From Flavobacteriaceae bacterium (GTDB lineage Bacteria; Bacteroidota; Bacteroidia; Flavobacteriales; Flavobacteriaceae), in assembly GCA_965178635.1 (NCBI GenBank), contig CBCXVT010000020.1, forward strand, positions 2,991 to 66,990: 64,000 nucleotides of DNA, given 5' to 3'. The notes beneath the pieces were generated by a model. It was given only the letters and a program-made list of their open reading frames with translations, was not told the origin of the DNA and made no database searches. The first letter of the stretch is position 1, and each line of letters starts with the position of its first letter. A program made the translations under genes and the position numbers. This document shows positions 50,819-59,320 of this stretch, piece after piece.

Positions 50819-51008
50819 TAAACCAACTCCGAAGTTTTTTAAAATTTTAAGAAACATCGGCATTGCCCTAGCCACCGCTGGAGGTGCCATCATCGCCGCA
50901 CCAATCAGTATGCCGGCCATTGTAGTCAGTATTGCAACCTATATGACTGTTGCAGGAACTGTCGCCACAGCAGTAAGTCAGGCAGTTGTTTCTGATAATG
51001 CTCCGTAA
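50796..51008 (+). CDS. Small two-TM membrane protein (70 aa)
   Basis: Ala/Gly/Ile-rich hydrophobic stretches. Overlaps the preceding gene by 23 nt. Confidence 0.45.
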   Translation: MNLVERYNKPTPKFFKILRNIGIALATAGGAIIAAPISMPAIVVSIATYMTVAGTVATAVSQAVVSDNAP

Positions 51009-51017
51009 AATAGCTCT

Positions 51018-51203
51018 ATGTCATTTATCATCGTAGATCATCATACTAAAGCAGGCGTTTTAGGCGGTACGCTTTTTTCAGCTTTTTTAAATTTAAGTTG
51101 GAATGCGATAGTCTATACTATTATCATGGCTGCCATCGGTGCTGTCGTTAGTTTTGTCGTCTCCCTATTACTTCGTTGGCTAGTGAAGCAGTATTTCAAC
51201 TAA
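51018..51203 (+). CDS. Small two-TM membrane protein (61 aa)
   Basis: Two hydrophobic segments and a basic C-terminus. Confidence 0.45.
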   Translation: MSFIIVDHHTKAGVLGGTLFSAFLNLSWNAIVYTIIMAAIGAVVSFVVSLLLRWLVKQYFN

Positions 51204-51238
51204 TTATTTTTAAAAGAGAAACGAAAAAATCGACAAAA

Positions 51239-51306
51239 AAAGAAAAGAGAAAGCAAACACACTGGCACGCTAGTGCCTAACTTTGCAGTCTCTTTTCTTT
51301 TTTTAA
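51239..51306 (+). terminator. Nested hairpin terminator
   Basis: 12-bp arms aaagaaaagaga (51239-51250) and tctcttttcttt (51289-51300) enclose a ggcac-gcta-gtgcc hairpin, followed by a T-run. Confidence 0.55.
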
Positions 51307-51349
51307 TTTATGGCTATACCGTTTTTACTCGTTAACTTTAGAAATAAAA

Positions 51350-51949
51350 ATGGAGCATCAAATTTCTGTTAAACGAATACTTATCGATTTAATTTCCATC
51401 TTACCGCAAATCCATAAAGAGTTCGGAGATCATGAGCGTTATAAAGAATTGATTACTTTTTTAATGGCTAAAGATTATTACAATGATGATGACATACCTT
51501 ATCCAACTCTTAAACAAGTTTCATCTGATACCCGTTTAAAGCCTCATTATATTAGAAAATTATTGAAAGAGATATATGACAAACTTTTTGATTATAATTT
51601 TAGCTTTGATTTTACTAAAGTTGAAGTTTACTTTCATGTCGATTATTTAAAACGATATGCTTCTTTCAAATGTAGGAACTTGACCAATATGCCAAGGATA
51701 GGAGAGAACATCACTTTATCGTTTTTAAGAGCTAAAGTGGGAACAGATTATTTTTATGTTGAAGATATACGACACTGTTTTGAAGAAGATAAGCAGCTCA
51801 TTGATATTCATTTAAAAGGAGGTATCTATAATTCATATTGGTACCATAGAAAACATGAAGCTTTAGAGAAAAGAGAATTGTCTTATTTTGATTTAATCGA
51901 TGACTATGAATATCAATTAAAGGTGAAAATTGGTTCAAAACATTATTAG
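51350..51949 (+). CDS. Hypothetical 199-aa protein
   Basis: Intact ORF with no recognisable motif. Confidence 0.4.
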   Translation: MEHQISVKRILIDLISILPQIHKEFGDHERYKELITFLMAKDYYNDDDIPYPTLKQVSSDTRLKPHYIRKLLKEIYDKLFDYNFSFDFTKVEVYFHVDYLKRYASFKCRNLTNMPRIGENITLSFLRAKVGTDYFYVEDIRHCFEEDKQLIDIHLKGGIYNSYWYHRKHEALEKRELSYFDLIDDYEYQLKVKIGSKHY

Positions 51950-51989
51950 TAGTGACGTTAAATATTATTCTTACAGTTTTTCAAGAACA

Positions 51990-52620
51990 GGTAATTAAAA
52001 AGGCGCGAGCCGCCTGCGAGTTGAGCGAGGGTGTTGTGGCAAAAAAGCCTGATGCTTTTTGAGTTCGATTCATTATGTTATTCTCTAGTTTTAGGAGAAG
52101 GCTGCCACAGCTACGTGTTACACGCGGGTGGCGGAGTTTTTGACCAGAGGAATAAGTAAGTGCTATACTTTATGAGGTGTACCGATAGGGATATCTGAAT
52201 AAAGGTTTAGCTCTTACTGTGCGTTGCCGGATGTGATCATCCTGATAAGGTGATTTTATACTGCAAATTGGCTGGCTCAAAAACTGTGACGCCCATTTAG
52301 CCCGAAGCGACCCAGCAGGCTCGCAAAGCATTAAGTAGCGGTTGCAACCAATGGTGTTTTGCGAAGCTTCCTTATTGGGTTTGGGTGCAAGAATAGCTAT
52401 GAGTGAGGAAGGTATGTATTGTGTGGACTACAACAAACCCAAAACACCAACGCGGATGTGTCACCACAGTGGTGTTTTGGGTGTTTTGTGCAAGCCGTTA
52501 TATATTAGACAACAACTTCCTTATATGTGGTTTCTCGGCTCCGCTCGAAATGACTTATTAGATTGTATTTGGCTTGCAGAAATGTTTTAGGGAACAAAAT
52601 GGAATGCCTGACGAACACCA
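51990..52620. other. GC-enriched non-coding stretch with multiple stable hairpins (candidate structured RNA or relic)
   Basis: No credible ORF. Perfect 12-bp stem at 52437-52448 / 52471-52482, plus several 5-7-bp hairpins. Composition is visibly richer in G+C than the flanks. Confidence 0.3.
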
Positions 52621-52708
52621 TATTACCTGGTCACGTATCCCTAATTATATCTAAAAACATATAATCTGGACTAAGAATCTCTTTTTATATGCTTTTACAT
52701 ATAATGAT

Positions 52709-53446
52709 TTAAATTACTTCCCTTAAGTTGGTGTATGTTTGTGGTGCTAAAATACCTTTATAGTTGGAATTAACTCTTTTGAAAATATCATTACTAACTG
52801 TATATGGATGTAAATCTTCTTCTGGATATGAACTATTAATAAGTTCTTTAATATTACCCTCATTTAGATCATAATTCAACCAATCATTTTCTAGTTCTTT
52901 TTTAAGCAATACAGGTTGCCTTAATTTTAAATTGTGAATACTTGCTAATAACGGATCTGCAGGTTTTGTAAGTATTGTAGTCGTTAAATAGCCATCTGCA
53001 GTAATGGTATATAATCCAGCTAGTGCAAAGCTCTCTTTATCTTTTCTTGTTATATAGTAGGGATATTTTTTTCCTTCAACATCATGTGGTTCAAAGAAAC
53101 CATCGAAAGGAATTAAACAACGTTGCTCATAAATGGAATTGCTATATATAAAATGATCAAATACTTTTTCTGATTTGGCGTTTAATCCAGCTCCCCATTT
53201 GGCAGCATTCTTATAATATTCTTTTTGATTTGTTGTGTTTTCATTTGATGGCATGATGCCCCATGTAGCGCCTTCTAAAATATCAGACGCCCCTTGAGTA
53301 ATGATTGCTATATCTCTATGCTCAAAACCGTTGCTATGGTAAAAGGTGAAATCATCTTCTCCAATAGCATTACTATCATCACGAATGACTTTGAATCTGT
53401 CTTCTAATTGTGTTGTTTTTTTTGTTTGACTAGCGTGGAAGCACAT
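52709..53446 (-). CDS. SOS-response-associated peptidase (SRAP/YedK, DUF159)
   Basis: N-terminal Met-Cys and a QRCLIPFDGFFEP...FALAGLY block. Confidence 0.75.
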   Translation of the reverse strand: MCFHASQTKKTTQLEDRFKVIRDDSNAIGEDDFTFYHSNGFEHRDIAIITQGASDILEGATWGIMPSNENTTNQKEYYKNAAKWGAGLNAKSEKVFDHFIYSNSIYEQRCLIPFDGFFEPHDVEGKKYPYYITRKDKESFALAGLYTITADGYLTTTILTKPADPLLASIHNLKLRQPVLLKKELENDWLNYDLNEGNIKELINSSYPEEDLHPYTVSNDIFKRVNSNYKGILAPQTYTNLREVI

Positions 53447-53543
53447 GTTACTTTTTTAACAATTATTTCATTTGTTTACTTTGATGAGATTATTACGACT
53501 TTTTATCAAAAGCCTCATAATGACATTTTGGACTTTTGGAGTC

Positions 53544-53864
53544 TTATTTTGTGTTATTCTTTAAAGAGAACACTCTTCTTTTTAATGTTTCTATTTCTTT
53601 TTTGTTTTTATCTATTAAATAGAAGTATGAGAATAAGTATATCGTAAAAAATAATATTAGACTAAAAATTACAGCATTAGTGTATTCCCAAGTTTCAATC
53701 AAAGGTTTTCTCCCACGTCTTCCTGGAATATATGGAAAAATAAAAGAGAATATTAAACCACCACCTATTGCAAAGGGAACATTCTTCTTTAACTTTTTAA
53801 TACTATTTTTTGCTTTTAATACCCTAGACCTGATATCTTCAATTTCTTTTTGTTTATCTGTCAT
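53544..53864 (-). CDS. Small membrane protein (106 aa)
   Basis: Two hydrophobic segments. ORF only. Confidence 0.35.
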   Translation of the reverse strand: MTDKQKEIEDIRSRVLKAKNSIKKLKKNVPFAIGGGLIFSFIFPYIPGRRGRKPLIETWEYTNAVIFSLILFFTIYLFSYFYLIDKNKKEIETLKRRVFSLKNNTK

Positions 53865-53912
53865 ACTTTACTTTTATTATCAATACTTATAAAATAGATT
53901 TTAGACAAATGC

Positions 53913-54152
53913 TTAGAATAGTCTAAACATTTGTATTACAAAAATTAAAAAGCTAAAAAATATTAATACTATTATTAATCCTAAAGTATTGTAATAGGAG
54001 TAAAGGCTCACTTTTTCCTTTTTATATGCTTCTGGTAATAAATACATTACACTATAGATTAAAAGTAAAAGCGATAAAACTCCCGTTAAAAATGGGAATA
54101 ATTCAAATATTTCATAACAAAATTCTATTATTGGCCTTATTACTTCCTTCAT
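53913..54152 (-). CDS. Small membrane protein (79 aa)
   Basis: Two hydrophobic segments. Starts 4 nt after the umuD-like stop. Confidence 0.35.
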   Translation of the reverse strand: MKEVIRPIIEFCYEIFELFPFLTGVLSLLLLIYSVMYLLPEAYKKEKVSLYSYYNTLGLIIVLIFFSFLIFVIQMFRLF

Positions 54153-54155
54153 TAT

Positions 54156-54608
54156 TTACTCTATATCTCTTATTAATTGCATCACCACTCCTAAACACAT
54201 TAAGGTGTCTTCTTCTTTAATTTCTATATTATTGAAGTCCTTATTATCAGCAATTAGTATTTCTTTATTTTTATCGAATCGTTTGACGGTAAATTCAGTG
54301 TTGTTTAAGGATATGATGCCTATTTTATTATCGTCTAAATTAACATCTGTACGCACTACTAGTATGTCGCCAACATGTAAGGTCGGATACATGGAATCGC
54401 CTTTTACACGGACTATGTATGTGCTGTTTGGTTTGGATAAGTACTTTTCATCTAAGCTTAGTTTTTGTTCTTTAAAATCGTCTGCAGGAGACGGAAACCC
54501 TGCTTGTACGCCATCTTCAAAATAGTTTACAACGATGCCTTCCTCACTAATCCTAAACGGCAAGTTTTCTATTTCACTTCCGAACTGTGGTACTTTCACT
54601 ATTTTCAT
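54156..54608 (-). CDS. umuD: UmuD/LexA-like S24 peptidase
   Basis: VKGDSMYPTLHVGDILVV (Ser nucleophile) and ..FTVKRF.. (Lys). 150 aa. Confidence 0.75.
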   Translation of the reverse strand: MKIVKVPQFGSEIENLPFRISEEGIVVNYFEDGVQAGFPSPADDFKEQKLSLDEKYLSKPNSTYIVRVKGDSMYPTLHVGDILVVRTDVNLDDNKIGIISLNNTEFTVKRFDKNKEILIADNKDFNNIEIKEEDTLMCLGVVMQLIRDIE

Positions 54609-54654
54609 TCAACCTTGTTTTAACTATTAACCTTGTTCATTTTTTTCATTGATA

Positions 54655-54835
54655 AAAAAACGAACCAAAAAAATCTAGGCTTACGAACCTTTATTTAAAT
54701 TTATCGCTCAACACCTAAATTCCAGGAACTCGCTATTGATATTTAGGCTAAGATAGTTAAATCCGTTTAGCTCAAACAGCCTGAAATTTTACGGTGTCTT
54801 TACTTCAAATTTTACAATAAATTTTCGATAGGCCA
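54655..54835 (-). repeat. Solo, diverged relative of the 283-bp satellite unit
   Basis: Collinear matches to the reverse complement of the unit: aaaaaacgaaccaaaaaaatctaggcttacg vs aaaaaagaacccaaaaacgctaggctgacg, cctaaattccaggaactcgct vs cctaaatctgatgaactcgct, gctcaaacagc..ttttacgg vs gctcagacagc..ttttacgg. Both end in ..aggcc. Confidence 0.6.
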
Positions 54836-54938
54836 GTAAAAAATAAATTTATTAAAATCCCCCCTTTAAGTTCAAAATAGATTCAAAACTAATATATAAA
54901 GGCCTTTATAACAACATTTAGGACTCTATTGATTTTCA

Positions 54939-56197
54939 TTAGTCTACTTCTAATAATTCATTCCAATTGGTGGTGTAGCGTTTGGATAATTTCTCTTGAC
55001 GCATTTTCCAGGTTCTTCCTAAATCTTGACTTCCTAGTTTGATTTTACTCACGCCTAAGTTAGCATTTATTGTATCAATAGCTTTCATTAAATTAACGTG
55101 CTTGGGGTTTTCATTTACAAACAAATTGATCTGTTTAGCAGCTTGTGGTGTTATGCCGTTTATAATCACTCCTCCTTTTTTAAACTGATAGCCTTTTTTA
55201 TAAATAGTTAATAATGCTTTTATCGCATATTTGGACAAAGTAATACTTGATGAACTCGCATACGGTAAGGTAATGGTGATGCTCTTGTAATATTGTGGTT
55301 TGTCTTTTTTAAATCTATTAGTTAGAATGAAGACTGTTATTAGGTTACAATCTGATTTTTGTTTTCTTAACTTTTCAGCACATAGTACTGCATAGGTACT
55401 TATACGTTCTCGTAGTTCATTAATATCCGTTATGTCGTTTTTAAAACTCCTGGTAGTTGCTATTGATTTTTTAGTAGCCACCTCATCAAGGTCTAATCTT
55501 GATTTGCCTTCTAGTTCATGTTTTAAGCGTAATCCAACAACTGAAAATTCTCTTCTCACATAGGCTATCATGTAATTGGGTAAACTCAAAAGCTGTTTTA
55601 ACTCCAATTGCTCGAAGTTTTGCCGCTATTTTTCTACCGATACCCCAAACATCTTCTATTGCCAACCACTTTAAGGCTTTGATTCTCTTTCTCCTCGGTA
55701 TCAATTACATAAGAACCGTTAGTTTTTACAGGGAACTTCTTTGCTATACGGTTTGCTACTTTACACAATGCTTTTGTAGGCGCAAATCCTATACTTACTG
55801 GTATACCTACATTCTTATTTACGGTGTCTTTTATTGTAACTCCATATTCCTGAAGATTATAGTTCTTCAAAACCCTCAAACTTTAAAAAGGCTTCGTCAA
55901 TTGAATAGATTTCAATATCTGGTGTAAACTCTCTTAAGTTATTCATAACTCGATTACTCAAGTCACCATATAAAGCAAAATTAGATGAGAATACGTTTAC
56001 CTTATGTTTTGCTCAAATACTTGCTTGAATTTATGAGCAACTGCTCCCATAGGAACGTACTTTTTCACTTCATTAGAACGTGCAATTACACACCCATCAT
56101 TATTGGATAATACCACAATAGGTTTATCCTTTAACCAAGGTTGAAACAATCTTTCACAAGATGCATAGAAGTTATTACAATCAACAAGTGCAAACAT
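54939..56197 (-). pseudogene. umuC: Y-family DNA polymerase UmuC, fragmented into at least 4 frames
   Basis: N-terminal MFALVDCNNFYASCE...VVLSNNDGCVIARS. Later blocks (VWGIGRK.., little-finger region) lie in ORFs 55634-55879, 55516-55704 and 54939-55607. Confidence 0.8.
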
Positions 56198-56434
56198 GTT
56201 ACAAAGTTACCAAGAAAACGTATTGGTTTGTGTGTAGGAGGAAAGAGGATGTTAACAAATGTACTACTTGCTGACACTCAGTTTACTATACTGCCCTATG
56301 TTTTAAAGTTTAAGTTTTGTTATGAAATATATTACGTTTCCTGAAAAAAATAAACAATATAGTTGTAGCTTTACTTTTTACGTATATATAACACTAGTGT
56401 TTATACTATAGTTATCTACAATTTTTAAAAAAAA

Positions 56435-57778
56435 ATGGGGAAATATTTAATCAATGAAGTATTTAAAACAATTGGAACTCCTGGAGTTACATATGTTAAA
56501 AGAAATGATGGAGCATTTGAGTTTGAATTATCAAATAGCCTAAATATACCAGGAACTCTTTGTTTAATAACTGGACCTTCTAAAACAGGAAAAACTACTT
56601 TATATAAAAAAGTTATTTCAGAATTTAAAAAAATCCCTTTGACAATAAGGTGTAATGATGAAATGACCATAGAAGATGTCTGGAAAAATGCATTAGAAGA
56701 TGTTAATTTTGATCGTATTACCAAAGAAGCTGAAAAGGGTCAAGTTGAACTTTCAACTCAAGTTAAAACTGGAATCAATGCTGGATGGGAATGGTTAGGG
56801 AAAATAATTGGAGAAATTAGCCTTGGCCTGAAAGGAACATATTCAAGCGAAACTGTTCGTGAAAAAGTTCTTTCATCTCCTAGCCCAAAGCATTTAATAC
56901 CCATTCTAAATGAACTTCCTTATGTTCTTGTAGTTGAAGACTTTCATTATTTAAGTGATTCCACAAAAAAAAGCTTATTTCAACAATGGAAAGATTTCAC
57001 CGATAGCGAAGTATCCACTATAATTGTTGGAACAGCTCATCATGCTATTGATTTAGCATTATCAAATAAAGACTTAGTTGGTAGAATTTCACATATCGAA
57101 GTTGGTACATGGGAAACTAATGACCTCAAAAAAATCATCAAACAAGGATTAGATGAATTAAAAATTAAATTAACCGAACCTCAGTTTCGACTTATCGCTT
57201 CAGAATCTGTTGGATTACCATTGATTACACAGGCTATTTGCGGAAGGTTGTTTTTTGATAAAAAAATAACCACTTATAACACCAGAGATAAGATTGTTTT
57301 CGATAAAAAAAGCATTGAAACGGCAATGACCAACGTGGCGAATCAGAATTTTAACATTTTTAAAGACCTCTATCAAATCTTAATAACAGGTTTTAGAAAA
57401 GGGGCAAGAAAATACAACACCTATGAGTTGTTATTATTAATATTTACTTTAGATCCAGTCACTTTTAAATTAAATCGAAGCGAGATTGATAAGAGATTAG
57501 ATAGATTGGACTCTAAATTTGAAAAGCCTCCGGTTCCATCAGTAAATAGTACTCTTGCAGCCGTTGGTAAACTTCAAAAAAGAAATGGAATTGAGTTAAT
57601 GGAATGGTCCAGTAAACAGGGGTGTTTATATATTCTAGAGCCTTCTTTTTTATATTATCTAAGGTGGAAAGATATAAATGTTGGCATCACAAAAAAGACG
57701 GATTTATTAGCAAAGCTTTATGAAATAATTACTTCAGATGTAAATATTAAAATAAAAAAAGTAGATAACAATATCTAA
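56435..57778 (+). CDS. P-loop NTPase (AAA/ORC-like ATPase with a probable C-terminal winged helix)
   Basis: Walker A ITGPSKTGKTT and Walker B VLVVEDFH. 447 aa. Confidence 0.65.
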   Translation: MGKYLINEVFKTIGTPGVTYVKRNDGAFEFELSNSLNIPGTLCLITGPSKTGKTTLYKKVISEFKKIPLTIRCNDEMTIEDVWKNALEDVNFDRITKEAEKGQVELSTQVKTGINAGWEWLGKIIGEISLGLKGTYSSETVREKVLSSPSPKHLIPILNELPYVLVVEDFHYLSDSTKKSLFQQWKDFTDSEVSTIIVGTAHHAIDLALSNKDLVGRISHIEVGTWETNDLKKIIKQGLDELKIKLTEPQFRLIASESVGLPLITQAICGRLFFDKKITTYNTRDKIVFDKKSIETAMTNVANQNFNIFKDLYQILITGFRKGARKYNTYELLLLIFTLDPVTFKLNRSEIDKRLDRLDSKFEKPPVPSVNSTLAAVGKLQKRNGIELMEWSSKQGCLYILEPSFLYYLRWKDINVGITKKTDLLAKLYEIITSDVNIKIKKVDNNI

Positions 57779-57850
57779 ACTGCATTAAAACGCAGTTTAG
57801 ATGAACCGTTGCACGTAATAGAATCACAACAATCTAAATTAAATATTTCA

Positions 57851-58474
57851 ATGAACAAATCATTTTTTTTTATCTTCTTTTTATTCGGAATTTCAAACAC
57901 ATATAGTCAAGATACTATATATGTAAAAAATGAAAAAGAACCTATTATTTCAAAAATTATAGAAATCAACTCTTCCGAAGTTAAATATAAAAAATTCAAT
58001 TACCAAGATGGAGCTTTATTTATAATTGAGAAAAATGAAATTGAAAGAATAAATTTCAAAAATGGAGACACTCAAACTTTCATAAAAAAAAATGAAAGTC
58101 AAGAAAGTAAAAGTTTAATTGCGAATTCAAAAATCTATCTGCAATATTCAACCACAGAAAAGAAAAAAAATGTAGAAAAAATTGATGCACTAAATATATT
58201 GAGAAGAGAGATAAATAATTTAGCAAGTTGTAAAATTGTGAACTCAATCGATGATGCAGATTTTGTTATTGAAATTCAAGCTACAAAATATATGATAACG
58301 AAAAGAAGAGTTAAACTAAAAGTAATCCATCTTTTAACTAAAGAGAATATATTTGAATCTGAATGGGAAAAGGGTGCACCAAGTGAGTTTAATGGATTTT
58401 CTGGAACAAGGCAAGCTACTGGAAGAGTGATAAAAAGACAATTATTATATGCTTTCCCTGAAATTGTAAAATAA
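57851..58474 (+). CDS. Cassette ORF 1: exported protein of unknown function
   Basis: Signal peptide MNKSFFFIFFLFGISNTYSQ. The ATG at 57851 is preferred over the TTG track start. Confidence 0.5.
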   Translation: MNKSFFFIFFLFGISNTYSQDTIYVKNEKEPIISKIIEINSSEVKYKKFNYQDGALFIIEKNEIERINFKNGDTQTFIKKNESQESKSLIANSKIYLQYSTTEKKKNVEKIDALNILRREINNLASCKIVNSIDDADFVIEIQATKYMITKRRVKLKVIHLLTKENIFESEWEKGAPSEFNGFSGTRQATGRVIKRQLLYAFPEIVK

Positions 58475-58627
58475 TTAAAAAACTACTACGTGCAACAATG
58501 CATATATTTTATTGCTAGGTTATAGCCAGCTTAAGAAAGTCCTCGCGGACTTTCTATCTGTGATTTATTTGCTAAATTTAGTGCTTAAACACTCAACGAA
58601 ATCATACACAAACACGTTGCCATTAAT
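58475..58627 (+). repeat. Inter-cassette repeat R1
   Basis: Starts ..gtgCAACAATG, has a central perfect hairpin agaaagtcc-tcgc-ggactttct and the core ttatttgctaaatttagtgcttaaaca, and ends acacGTTGcc. Confidence 0.75.
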
Positions 58628-58633
58628 TTGAAA

Positions 58634-59164
58634 ATGAATAAAACCACGAAAAAAATAATAGCAAAAGAATTCCTCTTCTTATTAGGAACAACAATTTTAT
58701 TTTTTGTCATGCTTTTTGCTTGGATTTCATTAATCGACTCTAATTATAATAAGCGAAATGAAATTAGAACAGAGATTGAAAAGTTTAAAAAAAATAATCA
58801 ATCCGAAAACAATGAGCTTTTGAAATTAGTTTATAGTAAACTAAAAACAGAAGCATCTTATGATGAATTTGTATCTGATTTTAAAGAGTCTTCGGAATTA
58901 CAAAAACTTTCTTACAGTAAATTAGAAACTGAAGCGAATTTTCAAACTTTCGTAAGGGATGCTTTAGGAGAAATTGAAATCGAAAAAAGTAATGAATTAA
59001 AAGTATTGAAAAAAAAATTGGATAAGACAGAGAAATCAATTTTTAACGATAGCGTTAGTGAAGATGAAGTATTCGGACTTGGAGTAACTTTATTTTTTAT
59101 CTTTTTTGTTTTTCGTTATCTGATTTACACAACAAAATGGAGTATAAAACAGCTAAAACAATAA
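58634..59164 (+). CDS. Cassette ORF 2: membrane-anchored coiled-coil-like protein
   Basis: N-terminal and C-terminal TM segments, with an internal near-duplicate (LVYSKLKTEASYDEFVSDF and LSYSKLETEANFQTFVRDA). Confidence 0.45.
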   Translation: MNKTTKKIIAKEFLFLLGTTILFFVMLFAWISLIDSNYNKRNEIRTEIEKFKKNNQSENNELLKLVYSKLKTEASYDEFVSDFKESSELQKLSYSKLETEANFQTFVRDALGEIEIEKSNELKVLKKKLDKTEKSIFNDSVSEDEVFGLGVTLFFIFFVFRYLIYTTKWSIKQLKQ

Positions 59165-59310
59165 AAACTAATGTCAACAATGGCTATAAGTAATTACAGG
59201 TTCTCGCCAACTTCTAAAAACATTCGCGGATTTTCTATTCGGTTTTTATTTGCTAAATTAGGTGCTTAAACATGCAACAAAACATATACGAACACGTTGT
59301 GTAGCATTAA
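59165..59310 (+). repeat. Inter-cassette repeat R2
   Basis: Nearly identical to R3 over about 98 nt (CAACAATGGCTATAAGTAATT...GGTGCTTAAA). Ends acacGTTGtg. Confidence 0.8.
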
Positions 59311-59320
59311 AACCAAACGT

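Noticed and set aside
52342-52590. 82-aa ORF in the GC-enriched stretch as a real gene
   Set aside because: It has a TTG start and an odd Cys/Met/Trp-rich composition. It overlaps strong hairpins and a hairpin-element copy, and has no recognisable motif. It is treated as non-coding.
51990-52620. Assignment of the GC-enriched stretch to RNase P RNA, tmRNA, a tRNA or a group II intron
   Set aside because: Scanning by eye did not find GAGGAAAGTCC-type P4 sequence, tRNA-like acceptor/T-arm ends, a domain V-like helix or a cloverleaf. The gagttcgattc string at about 52061 has no complementary T-stem. The region is left unassigned.
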